This document shows, one piece after another, positions 43,901 to 54,851 of a DNA stretch of 64,000 nucleotides. The DNA is from a virus (lineage: Duplodnaviria; Caudoviricetes): positions 65 through 64,064 of IMG/VR virus record IMGVR_UViG_3300005837_000196. The stretch is one strand, 5' to 3'. Below the pieces are notes generated by a model, which saw nothing but the letters and a program-made list of their open reading frames with translations, had not been told where the DNA came from and did no database searches. Position 1 is the first letter of the stretch. Every line of letters starts with the position of its first letter. The position numbers and the translations under genes are program-made.

Positions 43901-46900
43901 TTAAGGTTGATTTATTGTTATGGTAAAATCAGGATCACCAATTGTTTTGTTTTGATTTACAACTGTTATAACTGGATCTGCTTTTCTAACCTTTAATGAT
44001 ATTGTTTTAGTTCCAGCATTAAAACTACCAAGTGCTGATTGCACTATTTTTATACTTGTATCACCCGCTCCTGTTATTGTTACTACATCACCTAAGACGG
44101 TAGCTACGGAACTATTAGCTATTGTATATTTAAATACCCCTGAGCTATCTGAAGATGGATTTAATACAAAGTTTGCATCCCCGTATGTTTTAACTATATC
44201 ATCAATATTTATTGTAGGATCAACAGGAGGTGCACAAACCTCAATATTTTTTATTTTATCAGGAGCGTTTTGGCTTTCTCTAATAGTTGTTATAAGTAAA
44301 TTTGTACCAAATAATTTAAAAGTATTTTCTGAATTAGGTAAATTAAATTTTCTTGAAAAACCTAAAATACTATCATGCATTAAATAATCTCCTATTTTAG
44401 GAGTTGTTCTAAGCGGATCTGATGTATATAAAAGCCCTCTTGTTTTATATCCTTTTATAACTTCTACATTACAATTACCTGGTTGTAAATAAACAACTTG
44501 AAAACCAATATATCCACTGCCACTAGTTTGAGTTTTTAAGTCAAGTTCAATTCTACCAATTTGTTTTGATGGATTTGAATTTATATTAGCTAAAGTATTT
44601 AAAGTAAGTTCTGTTTTTTTATTGTTCACCTCTACTTGACCCGTAACAGTTACACTATCTCCATTTATATCAGTATATGTGCCTGCAGTGGCTGCTGTTA
44701 ATTCGCTATCCTTTAAATCTATAGTATGTCCTGTGGAAGTAAATATTTTTCTAAAATGTTTTGTGTTTGTTCTATCAATTGTAAACTTTTTTTGGAATAA
44801 AAAGTTTTGATTTGCGTTATTACTTAATGTACCCTGCAAAGTAGATGTTGTAAAGTCTTCGTCAGATTTATCGGTTAGTTCATATAATATACTAAAGTCT
44901 GAAACAACAACAGTAGTTTGTATAATTTCTTTTTTAGGCCTAACACTTATTGTTTTTGATGCAGATGGTAAATTAAATGGTTTAGTTATAAAACCTACTT
45001 TTAATAAGTTGTTATCTAATATAAGTTCTATTCTATCATCTAAAGCATATGTTGATGTAACTATATCTGATCCATCTGTTATTTCAAAATCACTAGCATT
45101 TATAGTTGGTATAAATTCTTTGCCAGATGAAGGTGTTAAAGTAAATAAATATTGTTTTTCTGCATTTGCTAATAAATTAGCAGGCCCAGTTATAGTATAA
45201 TTTGCTGAATCTGTATAATTTGAAGTAGTAGCTCCCCCTAAAATAGTTTTATTATATTCTACTGTTAATGTAACATCTTTATTTATTATATTATCTAACA
45301 TTAATACAGCCTTATTATCAACACTTATATTATCTATTTCAACTTCGCCTGTTATTGTAACTTTATAATGTTGAATACTATACACCATTTTTAAATTACT
45401 AATTTTAACAGAGTCAGTTGTGTTTTCAAAAATAAAATCAGATTGCGTCGGCTGTCTTAGTATAGTGTGATTTACATTACTTAAAGTTATTTCTTGTGTA
45501 AATGTATTTACGATTCTTCCACCAGTAAATCCTTGTATTTTATTTTTATTACTTATAATAGATCCAAATTGAGAAAACAAAGTAAGCGTTTTAGCGGAAG
45601 TTACCGGTCTTAATATAGACACTGATGAGGTTCCTATGTTTGAAGATAACTCAGCGCCATTGCCTGGTAGTATTTCAATTTCAAATGTTTCTTCAGTATC
45701 TGCAAAAGGAAAATCTATATCAATTTCATATATTCCATTTGTTCCTAATTCTAAATTTGTTTGTCTATCTATTTCAGAAGTAGTATTTGTAAGCTTATAT
45801 GTAAATTTTGCATTTGGGTCACCAGATATAACTAATTTTTTTTCTGTATTAAAAAATGTAACATTTGATTTGTCTATTGAAATAGAAGATATTTTCTTTT
45901 TTACAACAGGCAATTCTTTAGCTATAACTTTAATTTCATAATCTATATCTGTATTAGTTACGTTTGGTACAACTATTTTTTCTGTTATAGTTATACTACC
46001 ATTATTATTTATTTTTTTATCTAATAATATAAGACTATTGTTAACAGTTATATAATCAGGTTCTAATTTCCAGCCATTATCTGGTGTAATTGTTCTTGAT
46101 TTAATTGTTTCTAAAACATTAGGATTGCTAGATATAGAATATGAATCATTATTAACAGATGACGTAACATTTTCTAATTTAACAGTATAGTTTCCTGATA
46201 TAGATATATTTTTTTGTTCTGCAAAATTAATTTTACATAGCTCAATAACTTTAGCAGTATTTCTTGTAGGTTGTGTTTTTATACCATGGGTATAGGCTAA
46301 TTTAACATTATTGCCATCTTGTGTAGCAACAACATTAGTCAAATTAAAATTACTAGCTTTTAGCTCATATCCGTTTTTAGGAAATATTGTAATACTTACT
46401 GTTGAATTTAATTTTGTGCCCGGAGCTTCATTAACAGTAATTATATTAGAAGTATATTTTTCTGTTTCTTGTGGAGACAACTCAAATGTTAAATTTGTAT
46501 TTGATACAGCAGCAACTGATGAAATACTTACTGAATTGCTTATACCTTGAAAATTAAAGTTTTTAGCATCAATGTTATCTATATCTTTTTTTTCACCATT
46601 TACAAAAGCAAAATATTTATTTTCTTTTTCTTTAAAAGATATTGTATCAGATTTTTGTTGATCAGTAATAACTTTGGCTGTCCAATTAGTTGTTCCTTCA
46701 TAACCTAAAGTTTTGTAACTTTTAATCATTGAAGGATCATTGTTTATTTCAAGCTCAATTGTTGACTTGTATTGTGAACCGTAAAAATTATTATAGGGCA
46801 CATTGTTTACATCATGCTCCCACAATTCTCCGTTATTGTATGAATAATAAGTATTATTCATTGATATTGCAAACTCAGGTATAAATGACTTTCTAGTTGG

Positions 46901-49900
46901 CCAACCATTTGTAGCTTCATCAAAACATACAGTATCTCTACCTATAAATGATATATTATATAATCCATTATAATTGTCATAGGATCCTATTATTTTACTA
47001 TTATCTATTGTTGAATTATAACACCCTGTATTAAAAAATCTATCAGAAAAAAAATCTGACATTAATATTTTATCAATTGGTGTTAAACCATCTTTTGATA
47101 ATCTTATTACAGCTCCACGTGCTTGATCTGTAAAATAACATCTAAATCCATACGATGCAAAAGATTCAGGGTTTTTTGATATACCATATTCACCATTATA
47201 AGGACTAACCGCGCCTATAACTTTATTTGTTGCAACCACATTAGGATTACCATCTGCATTAAATAATATATCTTTATCAGCTAATGCTCTTACTATTTTA
47301 TCTTCGCAAAGTATAATAATACTATCGTCCCATGCATGCAATTTTTGTACACTACCATAAGAAGGTAATAAATCTTTAGTTATAGGATTAGCTTGATTAA
47401 ATTCATTTGATTTATTAACTCCACTTCTTGAATTAACAATACCAGACCATATAAGACCATTAAATTTATGTTCTTCTTTTATTTGCTCAGATATAACAGA
47501 GGAAGCCTTAACACCTACGTCTATAAAAGGAGCATTATAATCATCACGTATTCTGTTTGATTCAACACCATTACCAAAACTAAAGCAATTAAACCATTTT
47601 AATGTTTGTTCATTTCCATGGTTAGCTATTTCATATGCTTTTTCAGTTTCATAATATATATCTAAATCAGTAACATTTTCAATCGGCTCAGTTTCAAATA
47701 TTGCTGGATTAGATGGCGACAATACTTCTGTATCATCAATTTCTTTTAAAAACTTTATAGTTAATGTTTTATCAGCATCTCCCGGGCTAGGTATTAAAAA
47801 GCTTGCAATAGTGTATTTATTGCCATCTAAATTTCTAAAACCTACAGATTTTTGAGTTATATTATCTTGTTGTTTACCTTTTAAATTTCTTTCATTTCCA
47901 ACAACTAATTCTACAATAGTGTCAATATTATTTATTTTAACTTTTTGACCAGTTTTAAATAAATTAATATATTCATTACTTTGCATTTGTGAAGTTTCTT
48001 CTATATCAAATTGATATTTTGTAGAGTCAAAATTTTTGTCTTTTTTAGTAATAAATATTGGCTCTACAGGACTCGCTAATGCATTATTTCCTCTTCTCTT
48101 TCCTAACCTAACTCCAGCTTTGCCATCCACCTCTAAAGTTTCTATGGTTGCATAGTTTTTACCACTAAAAAGCTCTTTGCTGTTATCTTCTAATAAAACG
48201 TTATCTTCAACTTTAACAAAAAACTTCCCATCAAATTCTTTATCACCTTTGCTTCCTTCTGTTTTATATATTTCTATACCGATATTAGACCTAAGTGTTT
48301 TATTTGCATCCGTATCGTATAAAACATTAACATCATCAATAAAAGGAGTTTTAAATATAATTTCAGCAACAGTTAAATTATTACTTCCAGCATTTGTTTT
48401 AAACCTTACAGACGATATTTCATAAAATTTTGTTTTATCTATCTCAGCAGTAAACTTTATAAAATTACCAGGTTTTAAAAACGCTTTAGCGTCATCAGAA
48501 ATACCATTTGCGTTATTATCTAAAGATTCTATTAATATTCTTATACTATCTTCAGTTGGTGTTTTGTCTTCTGTTTTAACTGTAATAGTTCCGCCATCAT
48601 CAGTATTACCGTCTCCAAACGCTTCATCAAATTTTATATCTTGAAAAGTAGTTTGTAATTTTTTTCTAAATGCAATAAAGTCTGGTGGCTCGTTAAATAT
48701 TTCAATTACTTTATATCTATTATTTTGATTAAGCACGGCATTGTTGCTACCGTGTTGTTTTTTTAATAATAAATATGTTTCTTCTGTTATTTTATTTCTT
48801 TCTGCTGATGGAAAAGATATATAAGAAAAACCATTATCTTTGTCAGTATATATTTTATCTGCAGCTAAATTATAATACTCTTTTGAAATATCTTTAACGT
48901 AGTATTTAAAGTATTTAGCCCATGCAGGCGGCTCACTTGTTAATGAAACATTAAAAGAATTTTGTAAAGCACTTTTGTTTTTTTCAATTTTTATTGAACC
49001 AGATTGGCTGGATAATATTGGTGAATGTCTATTGTATTCATCAATATATGAAACACCTATTTGATATGTTCTATCTGATTTAATTGATGATTTTGTATTA
49101 TTTCTAGTTTTTAACTTTATGTCAAATTCTGCTTCATTGTATATATCATAATTTTGAGTGTAATTACCATATATAATTCTATTAGCAGTAATTTCTTGAG
49201 CTTTTGCTTTTTTAGGTACATTATCCCATGACCTTAGTAATTGGTCATTAGGTAATACTGAATGTATTTGTTTTTTAGTTATTTCATAAGTATCAGAAAA
49301 ATTAATTTTCTTTTGACCCTTTAATGTATATATATTTTGATTCCTTGTTTCTTTAAATAATATTTCAATTTCTTCAACATTATCAGTCCCTAAATCAAAA
49401 TTAGATAAAACTATTTTTCTTAATTTATTTTCCATCCCTTGATTAAAAGCATGCTTACCATCATATCTAAAATCTTGAGGAATAAAAGCAACTTCTGAAA
49501 AGGGTGATATAGTAGAATATTCGCCGTCTTTATATTTCCATCTATAAGCAAACCTTACAAAGGATAATTCATATATAGGCTTATCCTCTATAAGTGTTAT
49601 TTGTAAACCATAATCTTTATCTTCTAAATCAATGTTTTTTGTTTTTAAAACAAGTATTACAGTTTTATCTAAGCTATTTAGCTGTTTTACGTACGCAACC
49701 GCCTCTAAGGCTTCTTTATTTGCTTCAGGATTAGTTTCTAATATTTCAACTTCAGAATTAATTTCCCAATTAGGTAATGTTGTATTTAAAGTAATTTTTA
49801 TTTCTTCTCCTATATCTACGGCTCTTCTACCTCCATTTGAAAATGAAGCATCCTTAAAAAGATTTATTGTTTCTGTTATTTCTGTTACTCCATCAATTAA

Positions 49901-50803
49901 GCTTTCTAATAAATCAATAGTAGGAGCATGCATGGGAGCTTTTTTAGCAACAGACAAATCTTCTTCTGTAAAATCTCTTGTTTGTTTTTCTATATTGCCG
50001 CTACTATTTTTTTTGCTATACACAACTTTAGTTTGCGCGTCAAATATATTATTGCTAAACTTTTTAAATTTACTTAAATTTATTTTTCTTGGAGCATTTA
50101 AGTTATCTGTCCAAAATAATAAATCATCAATTATATTTATACCTGTAATTAAATTATTTTTTGAAAAATTTAACACACCAGCTAAAGTATAAGTAAATAA
50201 TAAATTTATATTTCCAAAATCTTTACCATTATACTCAATATTTTTAAAAACAAATTTATCTTCTTCTTTTCTGAGAACTGTATTTTTTGGAATTGATATT
50301 TTTATGTATGGTTCAGTTGAAGATAAACTTAAGTTATTTTTAACTAATGTTTCTGCACCATTTGCAGCAGGTATGGGCCCGCATAAAGCCTTAAGTTCGG
50401 CTTCTACTATATTATCTAAGGTTAATTCGTTTTCATCATTAGATTCAACCGTAACAGCTTTTAAAGTACTTGTGCCGTTTGTTTTAATATCAATTAAAAT
50501 AGGTGAAACAACGTTTTGGTCTTGATTGTATTCATAAATACCATCAATAGTATCAGATGTTACCATCCAATATATTTTATTTTTTAATGAATACTCAATG
50601 CTGCCAATCGTTGACGGGTTAGTTAACCCTAAAGCTGATATTTTTTTATTGCCTAATAAATTTTCAACAGCTCCTACGTCTGATCCTTCAGATGAGGATA
50701 CGTGAATATTCAAAGCATCTCGATACGACCCGTTTTCAACTAATCTTTCGTCTCGGTCTTTATCCATCCTTCCGGATACAAAAGTATGCTTTAGTTCTGC
50801 CAT
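43901..50803 (-). CDS. Large tail nozzle/stabilisation protein with C-terminal Ig-like extensions
   Basis: 2300 aa; N-terminal FVSGRMDKDRDERL...YRDALNI, FGNGVESNRIRDD, YGISKNPESFA, typical of crAss-like/podovirus tail muzzle genes; C-terminal KTYGDANF Ig-like repeat. Confidence 0.75.
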   Translation of the reverse strand: MAELKHTFVSGRMDKDRDERLVENGSYRDALNIHVSSSEGSDVGAVENLLGNKKISALGLTNPSTIGSIEYSLKNKIYWMVTSDTIDGIYEYNQDQNVVSPILIDIKTNGTSTLKAVTVESNDENELTLDNIVEAELKALCGPIPAANGAETLVKNNLSLSSTEPYIKISIPKNTVLRKEEDKFVFKNIEYNGKDFGNINLLFTYTLAGVLNFSKNNLITGINIIDDLLFWTDNLNAPRKINLSKFKKFSNNIFDAQTKVVYSKKNSSGNIEKQTRDFTEEDLSVAKKAPMHAPTIDLLESLIDGVTEITETINLFKDASFSNGGRRAVDIGEEIKITLNTTLPNWEINSEVEILETNPEANKEALEAVAYVKQLNSLDKTVILVLKTKNIDLEDKDYGLQITLIEDKPIYELSFVRFAYRWKYKDGEYSTISPFSEVAFIPQDFRYDGKHAFNQGMENKLRKIVLSNFDLGTDNVEEIEILFKETRNQNIYTLKGQKKINFSDTYEITKKQIHSVLPNDQLLRSWDNVPKKAKAQEITANRIIYGNYTQNYDIYNEAEFDIKLKTRNNTKSSIKSDRTYQIGVSYIDEYNRHSPILSSQSGSIKIEKNKSALQNSFNVSLTSEPPAWAKYFKYYVKDISKEYYNLAADKIYTDKDNGFSYISFPSAERNKITEETYLLLKKQHGSNNAVLNQNNRYKVIEIFNEPPDFIAFRKKLQTTFQDIKFDEAFGDGNTDDGGTITVKTEDKTPTEDSIRILIESLDNNANGISDDAKAFLKPGNFIKFTAEIDKTKFYEISSVRFKTNAGSNNLTVAEIIFKTPFIDDVNVLYDTDANKTLRSNIGIEIYKTEGSKGDKEFDGKFFVKVEDNVLLEDNSKELFSGKNYATIETLEVDGKAGVRLGKRRGNNALASPVEPIFITKKDKNFDSTKYQFDIEETSQMQSNEYINLFKTGQKVKINNIDTIVELVVGNERNLKGKQQDNITQKSVGFRNLDGNKYTIASFLIPSPGDADKTLTIKFLKEIDDTEVLSPSNPAIFETEPIENVTDLDIYYETEKAYEIANHGNEQTLKWFNCFSFGNGVESNRIRDDYNAPFIDVGVKASSVISEQIKEEHKFNGLIWSGIVNSRSGVNKSNEFNQANPITKDLLPSYGSVQKLHAWDDSIIILCEDKIVRALADKDILFNADGNPNVVATNKVIGAVSPYNGEYGISKNPESFASYGFRCYFTDQARGAVIRLSKDGLTPIDKILMSDFFSDRFFNTGCYNSTIDNSKIIGSYDNYNGLYNISFIGRDTVCFDEATNGWPTRKSFIPEFAISMNNTYYSYNNGELWEHDVNNVPYNNFYGSQYKSTIELEINNDPSMIKSYKTLGYEGTTNWTAKVITDQQKSDTISFKEKENKYFAFVNGEKKDIDNIDAKNFNFQGISNSVSISSVAAVSNTNLTFELSPQETEKYTSNIITVNEAPGTKLNSTVSITIFPKNGYELKASNFNLTNVVATQDGNNVKLAYTHGIKTQPTRNTAKVIELCKINFAEQKNISISGNYTVKLENVTSSVNNDSYSISSNPNVLETIKSRTITPDNGWKLEPDYITVNNSLILLDKKINNNGSITITEKIVVPNVTNTDIDYEIKVIAKELPVVKKKISSISIDKSNVTFFNTEKKLVISGDPNAKFTYKLTNTTSEIDRQTNLELGTNGIYEIDIDFPFADTEETFEIEILPGNGAELSSNIGTSSVSILRPVTSAKTLTLFSQFGSIISNKNKIQGFTGGRIVNTFTQEITLSNVNHTILRQPTQSDFIFENTTDSVKISNLKMVYSIQHYKVTITGEVEIDNISVDNKAVLMLDNIINKDVTLTVEYNKTILGGATTSNYTDSANYTITGPANLLANAEKQYLFTLTPSSGKEFIPTINASDFEITDGSDIVTSTYALDDRIELILDNNLLKVGFITKPFNLPSASKTISVRPKKEIIQTTVVVSDFSILYELTDKSDEDFTTSTLQGTLSNNANQNFLFQKKFTIDRTNTKHFRKIFTSTGHTIDLKDSELTAATAGTYTDINGDSVTVTGQVEVNNKKTELTLNTLANINSNPSKQIGRIELDLKTQTSGSGYIGFQVVYLQPGNCNVEVIKGYKTRGLLYTSDPLRTTPKIGDYLMHDSILGFSRKFNLPNSENTFKLFGTNLLITTIRESQNAPDKIKNIEVCAPPVDPTINIDDIVKTYGDANFVLNPSSDSSGVFKYTIANSSVATVLGDVVTITGAGDTSIKIVQSALGSFNAGTKTISLKVRKADPVITVVNQNKTIGDPDFTITINQP

Positions 50804-50806
50804 GAA

Positions 50807-51694
50807 TTAGTGTTTAATGTGTTTAGACTTGCCTCTAAGAGTTTGAATAATTTCTTCTGGACTTAACTGAGCTAATCTAAGTTTTGCATTGCGAATTGCA
50901 GCTCTTTTTTCTTTTTTAATTCTATTTATTTGGTATTCTGGTATATTTGATTTAGACGAAGCTAATCCATACATAATAGATTTGTATAAAGCTTCTTCAG
51001 CAAATTTATGTACTTTCATATCATCATCAGCGTGAAGCCCGTCAGATATATATTTTATAACAATAAATTTATCTTTTAAATTACTTGTAAAATTTATTGT
51101 GCCACTAATTTCGTTAATTGTATAAAATCCGTTTTTAGTTGCATGCTGTGGATCTAACCCATATCTTTTACCAAAATCAACATTATAACCATAACCTTCT
51201 TCCAAAAAATCTATATTTGAATCTTTTTTAGCATCAGGCTCTGTACCTTCTTTAAATCTTTTTCTTGATTCAGATTCGCTTGCGTAAAGCGGAAAGCCAT
51301 CGTCGTCAGTTAAATAATTATAATTACTATCTTGTAGTATAGCGAACGGCTCACCTGTTAATGAGCTTTGTTTTAACTTTTGGTGAACACCTGCGTCATC
51401 AAGAAAATTTACTTCAACCATTTTAACATAATCATGCGGTAACGCCATTGCTAAAGACGGAGGTAACTCTATTTCTTGTGTTTTTATATTGCCAAGTGTG
51501 TCGTAATTTAATTCAGCAATACCTCTTTGTGCATGGTACAATACTTCAGCTCTTTTAGCTTTTTTTATTATTTTATCATCTCCAACTTGAGAAACAATAA
51601 AATTACTTATAATATCACCAATTTTTATAAATTGATAAATGCCTTTATCTGCAGAATTATAATGCGCTGAAGGTGTTACTGTTGCTAGAGCCAT
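50807..51694 (-). CDS. Tail ring/adaptor structural protein
   Basis: 295 aa; LPHDYVKMV motif; position after the capsid genes. Confidence 0.65.
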   Translation of the reverse strand: MALATVTPSAHYNSADKGIYQFIKIGDIISNFIVSQVGDDKIIKKAKRAEVLYHAQRGIAELNYDTLGNIKTQEIELPPSLAMALPHDYVKMVEVNFLDDAGVHQKLKQSSLTGEPFAILQDSNYNYLTDDDGFPLYASESESRKRFKEGTEPDAKKDSNIDFLEEGYGYNVDFGKRYGLDPQHATKNGFYTINEISGTINFTSNLKDKFIVIKYISDGLHADDDMKVHKFAEEALYKSIMYGLASSKSNIPEYQINRIKKEKRAAIRNAKLRLAQLSPEEIIQTLRGKSKHIKH

Positions 51695-51697
51695 TTA

Positions 51698-52387
51698 TTA
51701 AGATTTTTCCTGGGTTATTTTTTTATTTTCTTTAGCATCTGCTACTTGTATTATGTCCGCTTGTTTAATCACTAAGCCAGCATAAGTTAAAATTTTATTA
51801 ACTAAAGTTGTTTCTTCGGATGAATGTAATTCATAATTTTGGTGGTCTGCAGCTGATGCATTATATAAAGCAGTGCCATTAACTTCAAAGTATGTCCAAT
51901 TAGCCTCAACAGGCTTTTTAATATAAGAACATTGAATAGTTGTATTTATTGTTGTAGGATATACAATTAATTCATTTGCTTCTCTTACATATACAGGATA
52001 AGTTGTTGTTGGAGTTGTTAAAGGAGATTTAGTTACATAGATATATTCATTTGTTGAAATACCTTCAACTTCATTATTATTATATTGCACAGTACCTAAT
52101 CTATATAAATTGCTAGGCAAAGTATATTTACCTGAAGATATAGCTAAATTATGATTTTCAATTTTAAATAAATCAATTTTTTCTTTTATATTTTTTACAA
52201 TATTACCGTATTCATTATTTATTTCTCCTCTTCTATTATATTGATTTAAATCATAAAAATATTGTTCAAATATTTCAAGCTGAGCTTGATTAGCTAATAA
52301 GTTATATTCCTGAGGGGTCATATAGCCTCTATTTTCTTTATTGAGAATAGCTAATACTCTTTGATATACTGTATCTATGCTAACCAT
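51698..52387 (-). CDS. Tail ring/head-tail adaptor protein
   Basis: 229 aa; GYMTPQEYNLLANQAQLEIF...YIKKP..ANW. Confidence 0.65.
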   Translation of the reverse strand: MVSIDTVYQRVLAILNKENRGYMTPQEYNLLANQAQLEIFEQYFYDLNQYNRRGEINNEYGNIVKNIKEKIDLFKIENHNLAISSGKYTLPSNLYRLGTVQYNNNEVEGISTNEYIYVTKSPLTTPTTTYPVYVREANELIVYPTTINTTIQCSYIKKPVEANWTYFEVNGTALYNASAADHQNYELHSSEETTLVNKILTYAGLVIKQADIIQVADAKENKKITQEKS

Positions 52388-52400
52388 ATTTTTTATTATT

Positions 52401-52440
52401 TATAATGATAAGGGCCACCTTATGTGACCCTATCACTATA
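52401..52440 (-). terminator. Long intergenic hairpin (terminator or processing site)
   Basis: Minus strand TATAGTGATAGGGTCAC-ATAAG-GTGGCCCTTATCATTATA. Confidence 0.55.
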
Positions 52441-52446
52441 AGATGA

Positions 52447-53283
52447 CTATTTAAGTTTCTTTTCTATTGTTTTAAATACTTCTGTTCCTTCATCTGTTTT
52501 AAACCATGCAGCTATTGCTGAGAACGGGTTTTCATCAAAAGGTACAGTAAGTAATTTTCTTTGTGTACTTCCCCAGTGCCAAGATCTTTGATCCTGTGAT
52601 AAATAAATAACAGCTGCCTCCGAAGCTCTTACTGCTATATTTCTAAGTTGTACATTATCGTCATTTGACAAGCTAATAAATAATTCAGGATTTCTTTTTG
52701 CAAATAACAAAAGATCTCTTCTTATTTCTTGTGAAGTTAATTTTGAAACACCTGACCCCTGTTCAACTCTTAGAACAGCTTCAGCATGATCAATCTCCAT
52801 TTGCTTAGCAAGCATTAACGCTTCTATTTCTAATTCTAAATCAAATAAATCATCTTTAGCATCTTCTTGAGCATCAAGCTCCATATAAACTTTATTTCTG
52901 CCTGGATGATATAATGATAGTAATTTTTGTAATTGTGGATTTGTTCTTGATACAAACAAGCCTCCATCTCTAAAAACAATATGCCCTAATGTTGATTTAC
53001 CTTTTTGTTCATCTCTAAAAGGTGATCTTTGGTTTGTAGCATATCTTAATTCTCTTGAATAACCTAAAGCTTCATCAAAATATAATAACGGTGTTCTTCC
53101 GTGATGTCTTGAAGCTAAAGTAAAAGTTAAAGGTGATTTATTACCTTTTAAGACATAAGTTCTGTCTTTTGAAACCCAGTTGTCTTTAACTGGTGCCTCT
53201 TTTTGAATAGTACTTTGTACTGTTTCTTTTGGTTGTGACACAGGCTCTTTTGGAGCAGCTGTAGTCGCTTTTTTTGTTGCCAT
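52447..53283 (-). CDS. Conserved structural/assembly protein downstream of the capsid gene
   Basis: 278 aa; RELRYATNQRSPFRDEQ...HIVFRDG; low-complexity N-terminus. Confidence 0.6.
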   Translation of the reverse strand: MATKKATTAAPKEPVSQPKETVQSTIQKEAPVKDNWVSKDRTYVLKGNKSPLTFTLASRHHGRTPLLYFDEALGYSRELRYATNQRSPFRDEQKGKSTLGHIVFRDGGLFVSRTNPQLQKLLSLYHPGRNKVYMELDAQEDAKDDLFDLELEIEALMLAKQMEIDHAEAVLRVEQGSGVSKLTSQEIRRDLLLFAKRNPELFISLSNDDNVQLRNIAVRASEAAVIYLSQDQRSWHWGSTQRKLLTVPFDENPFSAIAAWFKTDEGTEVFKTIEKKLK

Positions 53284-53319
53284 GATATAATATAATAAGA
53301 TTTATAAAAAGTAAAGACA

Positions 53320-53339
53320 GGAGCGCCCGAAGACGCCCC
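53320..53339 (-). terminator. Intrinsic terminator after the major capsid gene
   Basis: GGGGCGTC-TTCG-GGCGCTCC hairpin with a cUUCGg tetraloop followed by a U-rich tract. Confidence 0.75.
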
Positions 53340-53358
53340 ATATTCTTTACATTAAGTA

Positions 53359-54831
53359 TTAAGCTACCTGAGCGGCTGTCTTAAATAACACGAAGTTGTT
53401 AGCTCCCTGCACACATAAACATCTTTCAGATAAGAAGTGTACATTCATTTCATCAACGTCAGAAGTATAAACTCCACCTACAGATCCAGTGATCCAAGAT
53501 TTCATTTTTCTATCATCAGCTTCAGAAGCTCTATAACGAACGTGTAAGAATGGACGCTTGATATTTTTACCAAGTTGCTGATCGTATACTGTAGAAGTAC
53601 CTGCTGGTACTAATAAACCATCAACATTTCCACCTAATCCACGAGTCGTTGCGTCGTTTAAGTATTTCCAGTCAGTTTTGTAAAAATCATAAGAACCTCT
53701 ACGGAAACCACTGAATCCTAAGTTAAGTGCCATATCCTCACTGTTGTTGAATACTCCAAAAGAAGTACCACCATTGTAGTGAGCGTTAACAGCTCCTAGC
53801 ATATCATCAAAAGTTAAAGCAGTATCACGATTTAAGAAAAGCATGTTTTCTTCAATTGCTCCTTGCTTGTCTAAGTTTTTAAGGATTTCATCAAAATCAC
53901 CTAAAGCTGTACGAGCTCCTCCATCAGAGTTATCTAATGCATCTTCTCCAGAGTTAAAGTTTTGGAAAACATTACCTCTTGCTTCAACAGCTGCAAACAA
54001 ACCTTCAGTACCTTTGTAAGAAGCTCCAATTGCTCCAGACCCAGCTGCTGCTAATTCGCCTTCTACCATTGCCATTTCAAGATAGTCTTCAAAACGTAAT
54101 CTAGTTTCGTGCTCTGATTTTAAATACCATAAGTATCCACCAGCTCCATTTTCAGTAGTTACTTCAACCCATCCAATTTGCGCAGTGTCAGAACCAGAGA
54201 TAGAATATTTATCTTTGATAATGATTGGTGAATTACTAAATTGTTGGAAACCAGCATCAACTGATCCAGCCATTCCAGCACTTCCTTTTGCAAATTCAGA
54301 ACCGTATACAAATACTTTTACAGCAACTGCAGTTCCTGAAGTAAGTCCTGCTGCAGTAAGAGTTGCTCCTCCGTAAGCTAATACAGTAAATGTATTTGTA
54401 GTTACAGCAGATACAACACCTTTTACAACGCTATCAGCAGTCCAAGTTACTCCATCATTTGGATATGTTCCAGCTTCGATAATAGCAACGGTTTGTCCAA
54501 CGCGTACAGCGTGATCGTTTTCAGTAATCACACCTGTAGTTGTGTTAGCCGCGGCGCTATCATAAGCAATATGCAATCTTCCTTGCTCTGACCAGATAAC
54601 TTGATCTGATGCAGATGGAATTTCAGCACCAACCATACGTAAGAAAGAAGCTACTGAACGATTTCCGTAGCGCTCAACTTCCTTTTCGTATACGTCAGGT
54701 AAAAATTGTTTTGTGAATGTCCCTCCTCCTGAAGAGTCATCAAATGTTAGGTAGTTAGTACCAAACAAAGTTTTAGTTGGGGTAGGCGTTAATCCTGCTG
54801 GAAACGACCCACCTGAGTTAAATAATCCCAT
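53359..54831 (-). CDS. Major capsid protein
   Basis: 490 aa; after portal and scaffold; QFLPDVYEKEVERYGNR...WSEQGRLH; highly biased codons; followed by a strong terminator. Confidence 0.85.
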   Translation of the reverse strand: MGLFNSGGSFPAGLTPTPTKTLFGTNYLTFDDSSGGGTFTKQFLPDVYEKEVERYGNRSVASFLRMVGAEIPSASDQVIWSEQGRLHIAYDSAAANTTTGVITENDHAVRVGQTVAIIEAGTYPNDGVTWTADSVVKGVVSAVTTNTFTVLAYGGATLTAAGLTSGTAVAVKVFVYGSEFAKGSAGMAGSVDAGFQQFSNSPIIIKDKYSISGSDTAQIGWVEVTTENGAGGYLWYLKSEHETRLRFEDYLEMAMVEGELAAAGSGAIGASYKGTEGLFAAVEARGNVFQNFNSGEDALDNSDGGARTALGDFDEILKNLDKQGAIEENMLFLNRDTALTFDDMLGAVNAHYNGGTSFGVFNNSEDMALNLGFSGFRRGSYDFYKTDWKYLNDATTRGLGGNVDGLLVPAGTSTVYDQQLGKNIKRPFLHVRYRASEADDRKMKSWITGSVGGVYTSDVDEMNVHFLSERCLCVQGANNFVLFKTAAQVA

Positions 54832-54851
54832 TTTTGTTTAAATGTTTTATG

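Noticed and set aside
47322-47332. Extra copy of the inverted-repeat arm (CTATCGTCCCA)
   Set aside because: Single imperfect half-site inside a coding region with no partner arm; likely chance
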